DNA of 64,000 bases from the human T2T-CHM13v2.0 reference genome, Homo sapiens. Of this stretch, positions 42,523 to 58,570 are shown piece by piece. The stretch lies in assembly GCF_009914755.1 (NCBI RefSeq), contig NC_060936.1. One strand, given 5' to 3'. The notes beneath the pieces were generated by a model. It made no database searches and was not told the DNA's origin. It saw only the letters and a list, made by a program, of their open reading frames with translations. How positions within the stretch are numbered: the first letter of the stretch is position 1; every line of letters starts with the position of its first letter. The translations under genes and the position numbers were made by a program.

Positions 42523-42797
42523 GGCTGGGCGCGGTGGCTCATGCCTGTAATCCCAGCACTTTGGGAGGCTGAGGCAGCCAGATTGCTTGAGGCCCAGGAG
42601 TTTGAGACCAGCCTGGGCAACATGGCAAAACCCTGTCTCTACAAAAAATATAATAAAATTAGCCAGGCATGGTGGCACGTGCCTGTAGCCCCAGGTACCC
42701 GAGAGACTGAGGGAGGTCAGGTTGAGGCTGCAGTAAGCCATGATCATGCCACTGCTCCCCAGCTTGGGGAGACCCTGTCTCAAAAAGAAAAAAAAAA
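42523..42797 (+). mobile_element. AluJ
   Basis: TSD aagatacRgaatca. Confidence 0.9.
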
Positions 42798-42968
42798 GAT
42801 ACAGAATCAACTTACATGTCCATCAATGGATGAATGGATAAAGAAAATGTGAGTGAGATAGATAGATAGATATAGATATATAGATACATATAAAAGGAAT
42901 GTTATTTAGCCTTAAAAAAGAGGGAGGTTTTCAGCCCTTGGTTACAACATGGGTGAACCTGGGGGGAC

Positions 42969-43349
42969 TGATATGGTTTGGATTTGTGTCACCCCCGTCC
43001 CCAAATCTCATGTCGAATTGTAGTCCCCAGTGTTGGAGGAGGGACCTGGTGGGAGGTGATTGGATCATGGGGTGGATTTCCCCCTTGCTGTTCTCATGAT
43101 AGTGAGTGAGTTCTCATGGGAATTGGTTGTTTGAAAGTGTGTAGCACCTCCCCCTTCTCTCTCTTCCTCCTGCTCTGGCCATGTAAGATGTGCCTGCTTC
43201 CCCTTCGCCTTCTACCATGATTGTAACTTTCCTGAGGCCTCCCCAGCCATGCTTCCTGTACAGCCTGTGGAACCAATGAAACCTCTTTTCTTTGTAAATT
43301 ACTCAGTCTCAGGTAGTTCTTTATAGCAGTGCAAGAATGGACTAATACA
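42969..43349 (+). mobile_element. MSTA/B MaLR solo LTR
   Basis: tgatatggtttgg...gactaataca; TSD gggac. Confidence 0.9.
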
Positions 43350-43848
43350 GGGACAGTATGCTAAGTGAAATAAGCCAGGCACAGAAAGACAAATACCGCA
43401 TGATCTCACTTATATGTAGAATCTAAAAAGGTTGAACTGGCAGAAGCAGAGAGCAGAATGGTTACCAGAGGTGGTGAAAACAGGGAGATGTTGGTCAAGG
43501 GGTACAAAGTTTCATTAGATAGAATGAATAAATTCTGGAGATCTAATGCACAGCTTGATGACTATGGTTAATAATAATATATTGTAGACTTGAAATCTGC
43601 TAGGAAAGCAGATCTTAAATGTTCTGACTACACGAAAAATGATAACTATGTGAGGTGATAGATGTGTTACTTAGCTTGATTGTGGTCATCATTTTCACTA
43701 TCTATCTCTCTATCTAAGCATCATGTTGTATACCATGAATATATATAATTTTTATTTGCCAAATTAACCTCAATAAGTCTGGGGAAGTTTGTGCTCTAAT
43801 TGGGGTGTCAAGCCAGTAAACTGACTGACCATTATAAAATGAGGTCCT

Positions 43849-44135
43849 GGCCAGACGCAGTGGCTCATGCCTGTAATCCCTACACTTTGGGAGTCTGAGG
43901 TGGGAGGATGACAGGAGTTTGAGACCAGCCTGGGCCAGATGGCAAGATCCTGTCTCTACAAAAAATTTAAGAATTAGCTGGGCATGGTGTTGTGCACCAA
44001 TTGTTCCAGCTGACTTGGGAGGCTGAGACGGGAGGATCCCCTGAGCCCAGGAATTCAAGGCAACAGTGAGCTATGATTGTGCCACTGCTCTCCAGCCTGG
44101 TTGGATTTTTTTTTGATTAAAAAAATTTAAAAAAT
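43849..44135 (+). mobile_element. AluJ with a rearranged 3' end
   Basis: TSD ttataaaatga(g/t)gtcct; terminal segment replaced by a T/A tract. Confidence 0.85.
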
Positions 44136-44204
44136 TATAAAATGATGTCCTATATGAGTTTAATACATGACGTTGGAGGAGCATAGAGATAGACCTAGAC
44201 TAGG

Positions 44205-44272
44205 CATGTGTATGTGTGTGTGTGCATGTGTGTATGCATGCATGCTTATGCATGTGTGTGTGCATGCATGCT

Positions 44273-44298
<26 letters not shown>
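44205..44298. repeat. Compound (TG)n/(CATG)n purine-pyrimidine alternation
   Basis: About 90 bp of mostly alternating purine-pyrimidine sequence (Z-DNA prone). Confidence 0.85.
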
Positions 44299-44303
<5 letters not shown>

Positions 44304-45074
44304 TTGGTCATCCCGACAGAGCAAAGACACAGGAGGGTGGCACATGGAAGAACAAGTGACTCCACCCTCCCTTGCACAGTTAAAATCTGGCCAAGGTGAG
44401 AGGGGAGATGGGAGAGGGGAGAGGGGAGAAAGGAGAAGAGGCACTGACTGGAGGGGCTGAAGCTTTGTCCCTCCTGGGCAGGCGTTCTCCATCCACACCC
44501 CTCTTCTTGGATAGAGAGGATAAGCAGGCCAAAGATGCACGAAACCTGAGTTCCACTGTAGCTCCAGACTTCTAGAAAAGTCAACAGCCCCTGTATCTCT
44601 AGCTGATCCTCTGTTGTTCAATGTCTGCATTACCGCACTGGGAGACACTTGACAGATTGGGCCTGCCGCAGGCCATAGCAGACATTGGGCAGCCCTAGAA
44701 CGAAGCTGACTGTCCTTGGAATGTGCCACAGGGGTGTGACGCCCCGGCCAACTCCAGTGCTGCCTAAAATGGCCTCTTGCAACATTCCCCTCTCTTCATC
44801 TTAAATCAGGGACTTGAAGCCACAAAATGGCAAATACACAGTTCTGGCAGTCGTTTTGAGTATTGGAGAAATCGCTCTGGCCATCTGTTTTGTCTCCAGC
44901 ATGTTTCTCACGGAATATCCACGGATATATCCATGGATATAACAGACATCCTGCCAAGGCAGAGCTTGGCTCTTGAGAACTCGGCAAGCTCAGTGCTTGC
45001 CTGGATTCCTGCCTCATGTCCCATCCAGTGTTTGGAGAAAAGCTCTGAGAGAAAGATGAATGTCTGAGGCCACA

Positions 45075-45640
<566 letters not shown>

Positions 45641-46002
45641 TGTTATTGTTACTCAGGCACAAAGGCAGAGAGGAGCAAATGGTCCCTGGGAGCAAATGAG
45701 CAGGTGGAGGCTAAGATCACTTGGACAATGGAACTCCATCGTCTGCCGGATAATCTGCCATCATCTTATAAATCCACTATGTCTAAAAGAAACACCATCT
45801 TTTAGTGCAGGGGTTCACAGCTTTGGCTGTACTTTAGAAGCAAAAAAGGAAATTTAAAAAATTGCAATGCTCAGTCCACCCAATCAGTATTTTCTATAAA
45901 CCCTCAATGAACAACCAAGTTTGAGAACCACCTCTCTAGGTTTTTCCTACTCAAAGACAGATCCAGGGACCAGCAACACTGACACACTTGGGAGCTTATT
46001 AG

Positions 46003-46344
<342 letters not shown>

Positions 46345-47059
46345 AGGAAACTTTTTAACAGACTCCCAGGTGGTCTGCACAATCATTAACTGGACAAGCC
46401 TTCTTAGAGCCTGGGAGGCCCTAGAAGAAGCAACCCTCAAGTAGGTTAGGTCACAAAGGACGAGTGGTCCCAGAGTTTGTGTAGATTGCTGAGACGGGAC
46501 ACCAGAAGAGGCCCTGACCTCTCTTGGAAGGTAGCATGCTTCTGCTTCCAGAAACCCTGGAAAATAAAAGGCCGTGTTTATGCAGCTGTGGAGTACTAGT
46601 CTGTGGCAGGGAGCTGGAGTCCCAAGGTGGGCCAGATGGATGTGCAGCCTCTCGGTCTCTCTGGATGCAGTAAATACTCATAATTTCATATGACTCAACC
46701 CAGGGAGAAGAGAAATGTGGCATTGAACGGGTGCCTTTAGAAACAGAGGTCACCGCAGTACCTGTAAAAGGAGAACCTGTCCAGCCTGGGTGGTGTCCCT
46801 GGAGTGAAGGGGATTTGTGGGGCTAGAGGATAGGGTCCCCTGGGTAGCCACAGTCAGAGTTATTAATAGTTCTCTTCATAGATTGGGTTGTTCCTTCACT
46901 TTTCACAAGAAACAAGGAGGAGGCAACCTAGGCTCTCCATGCCCGCCTCTCACCTTCACTCCAGCATTTTCCTTCAAAAGACATTTTTAGGTGTCATCTT
47001 ACCATTCTCCCATCCCCCCTGCATGGCCCCCAAATACCTGGTGCAGCAAATCTCAAACA

Positions 47060-47470
47060 ATGCAGTTTTGTGGGAAGAGCATGGAATTTAGACCCCTACG
47101 TCCTGAGTTCAAATCCTGCCTCTTCCACTTACTAGCAGTGGGATTTTGAGCAAGTAATTCAACTTCTAGGTTTCAACTTCTAGGTTTCCTCATCTGGAAA
47201 GCTGGAATCACTTATTTAAGTTCAGCTAACAAGGCCACAAAGTGTAACAGTTAAAACTGTGGGTTCTCAGAGTCAGGTTGCCTCGGTTCAAATTTATACT
47301 TACTGGCAGAGCAATTTGGTGTCAGTTTTCTAATCCCTCTGTGCCTCAGTTTCTTTCTATGTAAAAACAAGAAAAACAATACCTAGCTCTTTGGATTATT
47401 TTGAAAATTAAATGAGTTGATTTGTGTAAAGTGCCTAGAACAGTGGCTAGCAGTACACAGTCAAATACAT
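47060..47470 (+). mobile_element. Two MIR copies
   Basis: ttcaaatcctgcctcttccacttactagc; ctctgtgcctcagtttc...attaaatgagtt...gtaaagtgcctagaacagt. Confidence 0.75.
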
Positions 47471-47471
47471 A

Positions 47472-48114
<643 letters not shown>

Positions 48115-50985
48115 AAGTATTTTTTTTCTTTTTTATTTCTATGTTCTCATCTTTAAAACTTTCCACTGTTCTTTCTTTAAAAGGAAAATTGTAATCATGA
48201 TTTGGGTCCTAGTAAGTGTGTTTTAAGAGAAGTTTCTTTTGCCCAGTGACTTTCTTACTCCCTCACATTCAGACAACCTTTCACTGCTTTTCAAATACAT
48301 CATTCCCCATTTTACAGATGAGGCACCTGAGGCATAGAGAGGCTTTTTGTTGTTGGTGTGCAGCATCATCCAGCCTATTCGGGGAATTGCAGAACCATGA
48401 TTCAGTCCAGCTCTGGAGCTTGTTTATTGCTCATGGGACCAGGCGAGGCCACCTCCACCAGCTCAACTGGGGTCGACTCATTGATTAAATGAGTGACCTG
48501 AATTCCTTTGATTCTTAATTTACTGGTCTTTAAGTCAAGATGAAACCCCCTCCCTCTCCAGTGGTTTGTGGAAGGAGTATACAGAGCTTGTAAATGGGCT
48601 GAGTCAATGCCTGCCCGCAGATGGGTGGTCAGCTGGAATGAAATGCACAGTGAAGACCATCCATGACTGTCCCAGGCACACCTGGGTGGAGGGTCCTGAA
48701 AGCCCCCATCCTAGCAGGCAGGATTCAGTGAAATGGGAGCAAGGCATGGTGGGCTGTGTGCCCACCTGCGCCTGTGCCGGCTACACCTCTCGGTTTCCTG
48801 GATTGTCAGCTTCTCCTAGAAACTCACTCAGACCCCTCCTGAGTCAGACAGAGCATCCCTGAACCAGGACTGGGTTTGCTCAGGCCAGAGGCTGTGCTTG
48901 AAACGGGAGTTGCAGAGAAGGACTTCTGTGGGCTTGGAACTTTTTTTTTAATTTTCCGGACACACACAAAAATGTTAGGAGGCTGCTTTTAGATGTTTCT
49001 TTTTTGAGCTCTTCCCTGCCTAGGCACAGTAACCATGTGTAATTTTCTTATCAATTCACTCTTCTCGTCAGGGGAGGGCTATTTTTAGCCACTCCACTGG
49101 GTCGTGTTTCGAGCGCTCTCTTCTAAGCCCCAACCAAGAGTTGGTGTTCAAACAGGAATCAGAATGATTCGGGGTCTCTTTCCTAATTAACAAGAAGCCC
49201 TAAGTGAGTGAAAGCAAGCCCCAAACAAGCACTGGGAGAGGCTGGAGTGGGGGCTGCTTATCTGGGGGCTGCCCATTTTGAAGAAGGCTGTTTACACCGA
49301 TCCATAGACTTACTGGGTTTTGGTTGGCTCCGGGTTCAGAAAGGGTTAACTCATCTCGCAAACCCATTCACCAAGGGTAAAGAATTAAATTAACTCATGC
49401 TAAGCCCATGGTTTTTGCAGATGGAACATTCTGGTTTCTACTTTTCAAGAGCAACTCAAAAGTTCATTAACAAGGAGGAACTTGTAATCTTTGCGAAGGA
49501 CCAAATTTGAATGGGAGAAACGGTTCCCTTAGCCAATAGGTGAGCCCAGCCAACTCCTCAGCCCGGAAGCTTTGTCATTCTATAATTGTCATTCCCGATG
49601 AGCCTTCATCCTAGGTCTGATGGGGCCACTTGAAGATCTCATTGAATTTTGTAGGGAAATTGCATGCTAAAGAGACATTTGGAAATTAGCAGGCTTGAAG
49701 GCTGCCTTGAGACATGTCCCCTAAAGGTATTTTGTCACCACACAGAATGGCTCCCAAATGGTGCCCCCCCAACTTTCTTCTGCTCTCTTCATTTGAGTTT
49801 CTCTCATCCATAGAACAGTTAATCTCAGTTCAGAATCTCAGCCTCGGCTCTCCATAGGTTTTCCTTCATTTTCCAGGATAAATGAGCTGGAGTTTGAAAA
49901 GAAGTGTGACTTCTTCAAGGAACTGGCAGATACTAGGGGAGTTCAGAAGCAGCTGACATCCAATTATTCACGGTCATGGGGGAAAGGGATTGAATGAGAA
50001 ATAGAAATCCACAGATAATCTCCAAACCTTATGCTCATCCATAGCCTTCTCTTCCAACATGCCTTTAACAGTACCAAGAAATGGGCTGATTTAGCGCTGT
50101 TTTCAAAATGGAGGTCCTGAGAGATCAGTACAGTAAAATTAATTTGCCAATCCTTCTCTTAATGAGAAGCATTGCAAGGAATGGAAATTCTCCATTTATT
50201 TATTTATTTATTTGTTTGTTTGTTTGTTTTTATTACTTACCCAGAGTAAAGCGTCATTTTTCTTGAGCAAGTGGCAAAATGAGCTTATTTTCTTGGCTGG
50301 TTTTGTTCATTGTTTGTTGTGTCAGAGACTAGCATAGAACATTGTGACTTTCTTTTCACTAACACAAAACAAAACAAAAATGATTGGGATTCAGGCCTAG
50401 ATAATCTTGAAATAAAAACCAGGAGCTAGGAGAATGACAGTCAATTGCAATTGATAATTGAGTCTCCTTCCCCAGGATATTAATGGTGTAACTAAACCAG
50501 GGAGGAAGAAGTGATAAGTATCTTGTTAAGATAAGTCTTTGCCAAAAACAACCCATGGCAAATTGCTGCCATTTGTTATCTAATACTGAGCGCAGAGTGT
50601 AGTCTTTCTTGAGCCTCAGAAACCCTGCTTGTCTCTATCAGTTCATTTCAAATTTAACTTGCTAAATATCATTGTCCAAAGCCTTGGCAGACTTTCAAAA
50701 GCAGCGTTGTTGCTGATCTCAAGCTTGACACAGTGGGATCTTGGGGAGTCTCACAGACCACAGCCCCCAGTTTGTGGGGGCATCTTGATCAAGGCCTAGG
50801 CAAAGGATCTGTTTGGAGAATAAAAGCCAAGCCAGCCTCAAAGATGAACATGTGTGGCCCGGCCTGTTAAACCCAGTCAAGGCGATGGGCTGCAGACATC
50901 CTGTCTTTCTCTGGTGCTGTCCTAGACCTTGCCATTGGCCCAGGGCCATTCAAAACCCAAGGCCTACAGTCACGGCTTCCCAAGC

Positions 50986-51403
50986 TATGGTAGGCAGAAT
51001 GCCTTGCCCCTTTTCCAAGCAATAAGAATATGTTACCTTATTTGGCAAAAGGGACTTTGCAAAGGCAGTTTAAGTTAAGGGTTTTAAGATGGAGAGATTA
51101 TCCTGGATTATCCGGATGGGTCCAGTATAATCATCAGGATGATAAGGGAGGCAGGAGTGTCAAAGCCAGGAAAAGAGATGTTGTGAGGATGGAAGCAGAG
51201 CTTGGAGTGATGTGAGGAAGGGGGCCACAAGCCTAGGAATGTAAGTGACCTGTAAAAGATGGAAAAGGCACAGAACAGATTTTCCCTTGGAGCCTCCAGA
51301 AGGAACGCAAGCCTGCTAACCCCTTGACTTTAGGACTTGTGACCTCCAGAATGGAAGCAGTTGTTTGTAGTGATTTGTTACAGCGGCAATAGAAAACTAA
51401 CAT
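50986..51403 (+). mobile_element. MLT1 (C/D-like) MaLR solo LTR
   Basis: tatggtaggcagaat...ggcaaaagggactttgca...gagattatcctggatta...gagcctccagaagg...tttgttacagcggcaatagaaaactaa. Confidence 0.85.
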
Positions 51404-51698
51404 GCACACACCCCTTTTTAGTTGGAGCTAAGCTTCCCTCTCCCAAGACCAGGGTCCAAAGGAGGCCTGGGAGAGGCCAGGTCTGTGACATCAGGTAAGC
51501 AGTCCGGCAGCAGCGTGGTGAGTCTGGAAAATGGGATGCTGATGGTTGTGGTGATACTGCCTTTTTCAGAATTGTTTTGAGGATCAAGTGAGGTACTGTG
51601 AAAATGCCTGGCAAATCTAGGTATAAGCCGGCAACCCCGGTGACCCCCACAGGCACATCATGGCTTACATACCGGCAGGGAATAGGCTGAGTTGATAC

Positions 51699-51872
51699 AA
51701 CCAAAATCCTTGTACATATTCATAAGAACTCTTTGACAACCACACATTCAACCTGAAATTTATATCAGATCACAGTTTTGTGGATAACCAAAATCCTTGT
51801 ACATATTCATAAGAACTCTTTGACAACCACACATTCAACGTGAAATTTATATCAGATCACAGTTTTGTGGAT
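51699..51872 (+). repeat. 87-bp tandem duplication with 1 mismatch
   Basis: 51699-51785 and 51786-51872 are identical except caacc/caacg. Confidence 0.95.
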
Positions 51873-52204
51873 GGGTTCCTATAGGTAGGAGGTACTACCA
51901 CTGTTTAGTCAGTACATTTATTTTTTTTAAAAGGACGGAGTAAATATTTGGAATTAATGGTGTTATATTTGTCAAGATTTTCCTTCATGAAATGATTATA
52001 TAATTCTTACAGTATTCTCAAAGTACCCGCATAGAGACTAGCTTCATTGAAACTCACAATTCTCTCAAGGTTGGCAGGGGAGATATTATCTTCCCATTTT
52101 AGACAGTGCAAAGAGAAGGAAGATCAGAGTATTAAATAACTCTCCCCAGCCAAGTAAGCTCTTAATAAATGTCAGGTAAGGCTAAACCTGAACGTCGAGC
52201 CTAG

Positions 52205-52430
52205 AGAGGGCAAAGAGCATGCCGGTTCAGAGCAGACACCCCTGCCAGGCACTAGCTGGGTGACTTTGGGCAAGTTACTTAACCTCACTGTGCCTCAGTT
52301 TCCTCATCTCCCAATGTAAGGATAATGTACCTACCTCACAGGTTTGTTGTGAAGACTAAATGAAGATAATGCAATAAACGGCTGAGACCCATGCCAAGCA
52401 CATGGTAAAAGTGTGTAATTGCGTATTAGC
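52205..52430 (+). mobile_element. MIR
   Basis: gtgactttgggcaagttacttaacctcactgtgcctcagtttcctcatct. Confidence 0.85.
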
Positions 52431-52588
52431 AGCAGCAGCCAGAGCAATAGCCAAGGGTCAATTAACTCCCAGTCCAGTGTTCAGTTCATGATTGTCCATG
52501 CATTAAGAGCCAAAGCACCCCCAAAGCCATCTCACCCTGCTGAAGCAGTCTAAAGTGCTCAACTAAGTTGGTGCATTAATCTCTAGAC

Positions 52589-52740
52589 CAGAGGTCAGCA
52601 GACGTTTTCTGTAAAGGGCCAGACAGCAAACATTTTAGGTCTCTGTTGCAACTACTCAGCTTTGCCCTTGTGAATGAAAGCAGCCAAGACAATATGTAAA
52701 TGAATGGGCGTGGCCAGATTTCATCCACAGGGGTTCCCTG
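52589..52740. mobile_element. Short MER58 hAT-Charlie element
   Basis: cagaggtcagcagac...ctgtaaagggccaga; TSD ctYtagac. Confidence 0.8.
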
Positions 52741-53008
52741 CTTTAGACTGTGCTGAGAGCCAGAGGTCTTGAGTTCAAGTCCCAGCCTCACCACACTGCA
52801 AGGGTGTTCTTGAGCAAGTCAGGAAGGCTCCCCAGAGTCAGGCCCTTAGCCTCTAAAAATGGGAATAATAATGCCTCCCTCAAGAGCTGGTGAGACAATG
52901 GAAGCTGTTTGTAAACTGTAAAGTACCGTGCCTGATTTGGTTATTAGTGTTTTATTGCTGATGTACGGTCGAGGTCCAGGCCACCCGTGGTAGATAAAAG
53001 TGCATGTG

Positions 53009-53375
<367 letters not shown>

Positions 53376-54293
53376 TTATGAAATCAGGAAAGGGTTATTT
53401 AATTTCAATCACTTTCAACTTGTTTTGGGGTATGAGAAACACACCAGCCTCTGAAAGCTTCCCGTTGCTGTCATGTGATGTTTCTCTAGCCACGAAGCCT
53501 TGTGTAGTCTGAGTTGATCTTCATTCTGAAAATGGCAAATGAACAGAATGACCATGATGAATGGGGGCTCCTGAGAAACACAGCACTCGTTCTCAGTGTC
53601 TCAGGCTGGGGGAGTGAAGCCTGCAGCCTTGATGGAGGGAAGGTATGTGGAAAATGAATTGCTGAGCGGAATCTCAGAGAATGGCTGCTGAAGAAAAGCA
53701 TTTCAAGGAGCAATTATGCAGCTCATTAAGATGCACTCCATTCCGGCCTCTGATCCTAGGGGAATTGTCAGAGCAATTATGTGCAAACCTCAATTTTGAG
53801 GTCTGAAAAGGGGTTGGTGCATAATCGGCAGGAGAAGAAAAAGAAGGGAGACAGTTTGAAACAATGGGTATTAAATGATTGTCACAGCAAGGAAGACAGG
53901 GATGGAAGGAGTGGACACCCTGGGTACTTAAGACTGAATGTGTGGTCTCAGGATTGCATACGGGCCATGTGGGCAGTGCATTTGGTACCCTTAATAGGAC
54001 TTCTTGGAATCAAAGTGGTTTGCTTTGTACAAAGTTGTAAGCATGGTGTTTGGGATATGTTTGTTGAATGAATGAATGATTTGTGCTTGCCATATCAAAT
54101 GAATGAAGGTGGGAAAAATGAATGAAGAAGTTAAAAAGGTTAAGAATTCATGTAAAATGAAGATAATAATCATACATACCTTACACGACTACTGTGAGAA
54201 TGAGGTGGTATAATGCACTTAAAGCTGTCAGCACAGAGCCTGACAGTGGCAGGCTCTCAATTCTAGCTAGTATTGGGATTACATTTTCCCAGG

Positions 54294-54669
54294 TGTGTTA
54301 GTCAGCTCAGACTGCCATAACAACATACCACGGACTGGGTGGCTTGAACAACAGACATTTGTTGACTCGGGTCTTGGAGGCTGGAAACCCAAGATCCAGG
54401 TGCCAGTAAGGTTGGTTTCTGGTGAGCCTCTCTTTTTGGCTCACAGACGGCCACCTTTTTGGCTGTGTCCTCACATGGTCTTTCCACGGTGCCCGTGCAC
54501 TCCTGGTTTCTCTTCTTATAAGGACACGGTCATTCTGGGTTAGGGTCCCGCCTTTATGACCTCATTTAACCCTAATTACCTCTTCAAAGGCCTCATCTCC
54601 AAATACAGTCACATTGGAGGATAGAGCTTCAACATACAAATTTTGGGGGACCCACCTCATTCCATAACA
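54294..54669 (-). mobile_element. MLT1A/B MaLR solo LTR
   Basis: tgtgttagtcagctcagactgccataaca...tccataaca; TSD ccagg. Confidence 0.85.
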
Positions 54670-54847
54670 CCAGGTGAAGAATCAGACTTTGCTATTGAGG
54701 TTATTAGGCCTGATCTTGTGACTAAGCAGCTATGCAAAACCTTTTAAAGCCACTAGAATCACTGTTTCCTGAGATGCCAAACTGGAGATGCCCCAGTGTT
54801 CTAGAAAAGCAAATAGACTTCCAGTAACTTATGTCCTTCTGTGTTAG

Positions 54848-55323
<476 letters not shown>

Positions 55324-56263
55324 TGAACCTGTGATTTTGTGTCAGAGTGAGCACTACTAAATCTCATTTTCTTCCCTGTCTTCTTTTTCATTTCCAAATC
55401 TGCCCAGAAGACAGTAAAAGCTCATTAATTTGAACCCTGCTAATTTAGAATATGTAACATTTCCTCCAAGCTCACCATGAAGGAGGAATTTGTGAAACAA
55501 ATTAATAGTGTGAACATAATTAGAAAAGATGAGTCTTGTAGTGTTGGGAGGTACCTGGAGGTGATCCAGTCCTTTTCATTGGTGGCTTGTTTCTTTTCAA
55601 ATGAGGAAATCGAGGCCCAGTGAGGTTCTGTGGCTCTTCCACACTCACACAGGGGGACTGTTTAACCTCCTTCAGGACACCAGCCTAAAACACGGAGTCT
55701 TATTTGTTTGTGAAAGACACAGGCTCTTTATTAGCTGTGGGTTCCTTTTACAATGTGAACCTCAAGTACTAAAAGTGCATTTTTAAAGAAATATTCTGCA
55801 TTTCAGGTTTCCCACTAATTATGACTGGCCTTCTCCCAAGTTAGTTTGAGCTATTTTGGTGAGGTTTTATAGTGATTTAATAAGAAAAGCTTTTTTAAAA
55901 CCTCATAAAACCTTCTGTACAATTCATTCTGACCAACATTCCCTCTTACAATTATGTCATTAACAACTTCTTTTTAAAAGACCAGAACTTTTGTCTATTC
56001 ATGTTAACCTTAAAAGCAGCATTCACCGAACCCCTGAGAAACAAGGAGAGCTATAATACTTTACAGGATTGGGGCAGAGCACATGAAATCATGTGTGAGA
56101 GAGGGTTCTGTACATTTGTTTTTCTTAATTGCCATTTCTGACTTGGGCAGCCTCCCCACCCAAAAAAAAAAAAAAAAAAACATGGTCAAAATATACTTGT
56201 GCATGTAAATGTGGTATTTCCTGGGAGAGTCCTGAGGGAATGGCCTGTTTTCCATGTGATTTG

Positions 56264-56980
56264 TTTTTTAATAGACTTGATTTTTTTTTTTAGAGCAGTT
56301 TTAGGTTCATGGCAAAATCGAGCAGAAGGCACAGAGATTTCCCAGACACCCCTGCCCCCAGACATGCACGGCCTCCCCCGTCATCAGCATCCTCCACTGA
56401 AGTGGTCCATTTGTTACAACTGATGAACCTGTATTGACATGTCTTTGTCACCCAGGCTCACAGTTTACATTAGGGTTCACTGTTGGTGTTGTATATTCTA
56501 CAGGTTTGGACATGTAGCCACGTGTCATTATACATTTTAGAGTAGTTTCACTGCCCCCAAAATCCTGTGGGTCTACCTGTCCATCCCTCCCTCCCCCCAA
56601 GCACTGGCAACCCCTGATCTTTTTACTGTCTCCATAGTTCTGTCTTTTCCAGAATGTCATATAGTTGGAATACAATATGTAGCCTTTTCAGAGTGGCGTC
56701 TTTCACTTTGTAATATGCATTTACATTTTCTCCATGTCTTTGCATGGCTTGATGGCTCGTTTCTTTTTAGTACTGAATATTCCATTGTCTGGATGGAACA
56801 CAGTTTGTTTATCCAGTCACCTACTGCAGGACATCTTGGTTGCTTCCAAGTTTTGGCAATTAAGAATAAAGCTGCTCTAAACATCCATGCGCAGGTTTTT
56901 TGTGTGGATGTAAGTTTTCAACTCCTCTGAGTAAATACCAAGGAGAGTGATTGCTGGATCCTATGGTAGGAGTATGTTGA
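56264..56980 (-). mobile_element. L1MC 3' region
   Basis: ttttagagcagttttaggttca...ttttccagaatgtcatatagttggaat...ttgctggatcctatggtag. Confidence 0.85.
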
Positions 56981-57359
56981 CTGTTTAAAAAAATTTAATG
57001 AGATGCCTATTTATTAATTTAAATCAAACTGTAGCTGCCGCATGGACTGGAATGTCCTCATCAGCAGATCAGCGCATACTCTCCCCAGAGTCAGACCTAC
57101 TGGGGCACCAAACCGCAATCAACAGGTTATTCAACAAGCCCAGGTTCAGAGCCCCCAGCAAGATGGCCAGAATTACTAAGTGTTCCTTAGCCTTGGGACA
57201 TGAATTCTCTGCCACAGCCACAGCCAACAAGAATGGAGCACTCCCAAGTATTTGACGGGCTTCTTATTCTCTCCTTTTGGGCATTTAATACATCTTTAAC
57301 ACAAATCAGGATTGTAGAAGATTAGGGCTTATTTTCAAAGTGTCTTCTCAGCATAAAGT

Positions 57360-57660
57360 CAGATGATGATGATGATGATGATGGTGGTGGTGGAGGATGA
57401 CAGAATTAGCAGGTGGTGGGTGTGGTGGTGATAACTAGCAGCAGCAGCAGTGGCAGGACTGGTGGTAATTATTGTTGTTAACATTTCTTGAACACTCGCT
57501 CTGTGCTTTACACACATTATTTCAATCATCACAACTCTTTAAGGCAGACACTCTGTTTGACAGATGACAATGCCAAGGCCCAAAGAAGTTAATCACTTTC
57601 CTAAGGTCACACAGCTGGCATGTGATAGCAGCGGGAGGTAATCCCCAGCCATCTAATGCC
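57360..57660. mobile_element. (GAT)/(GGT)/(GCA) trinucleotide tail + MIR (-)
   Basis: Trinucleotide runs followed by gacagatgacaatgccaaggccc...aaggtcacacagct. Confidence 0.65.
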
Positions 57661-58189
57661 CTTATCCCCTTCCCCGCTGCCTGGCACAGTGCTCTAAGTC
57701 TCTATCTGCCAAGGCTTTTAGAAGTCATTTGATGCACGGAGTGATGTATCTCAGGGCCCCGACATTCGCCATTAAACCCGAGGTCAGGAGACAGGAGACT
57801 GCAGTTGTCCTGCTTAATCCCAACGGTCCCGTTCTTCCTGTGTTTCTTTTAAGGGATTTCTCTCCAGCCTCACAAATGCTGACAGGTGGCCCCTCACCCC
57901 ACAGGGCTCGCTGACTGCACGTGCCCAGACCATCTCTTCAGGTTCCATTTTTTACATTCAAGAGAAGAAAAAGGGCAAAAGATTTCTATTTTAAGCTGTC
58001 AGACACAACATGAGCCTATCAAGACTTGTTGAGCTTGGAAGCAGTTCCAGCTTCTTCCTCAGAAAGCAGAAATTTTGACTTTGGGCCACTGATGCTCAGT
58101 GAAATGTGTTTCCGTTGTCCAGGGTAACGTGGCGTTGAATTCCGCTGACAGAAGAGGCTCTGCATCGGCTCTAATGAGCAGCATCATTT

Positions 58190-58570
58190 CAATAGAGCTG
58201 GCCCCTCCCTCCCTCTTCAGCCTCATCTTGGGCCCCTCTATTCCTTCCAGCCCTCCAGGCCTTGGTTTAGTTCCTCTGCTGTCCTTGCTTTTTCCTGCCA
58301 CCGGGCCTTTGCACCTGCTGTTCTTTCTGCTTCACCTCTACTTGGCTGACTCCTTCTCAGCCTTTAGGGTCTCTAGGGCTGGTCACATGTTCCTCTAATA
58401 CCCTTGCCTCTCTTTGAGAGCCCTTTGCTTATTGTAATTATTTTATGACTTTCTGGTTATTTATTTATTGCTGTCTTCCTCATTGGATGCTAAGGTCCAC
58501 GCTGGCTGCCTCTGTGCTGGCTTTGTGCCTAATGTACTACATGAAACAAGGGGGAGCTGGATGGATGGAC
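58190..58570 (+). mobile_element. L2 fragment
   Basis: ctggcccct...gggcctttgcacctgctgttc...ggctgactccttctca. Confidence 0.6.

Larger units (their letters stand above)
42265..43785 (+). mobile_element. L1MA 3' region interrupted by AluJ and MST
   Basis: ORF2 C-terminal remnant ([14 protein letters not shown]) and L1MA 3'UTR ending cctcaataagtctgggg. Confidence 0.85.

Noticed and set aside
44915-44940. Overlapping short palindromes atatccacggatatatccatggatat
   Set aside because: Explained by a 12-bp tandem duplication of a short palindrome; too small to imply function
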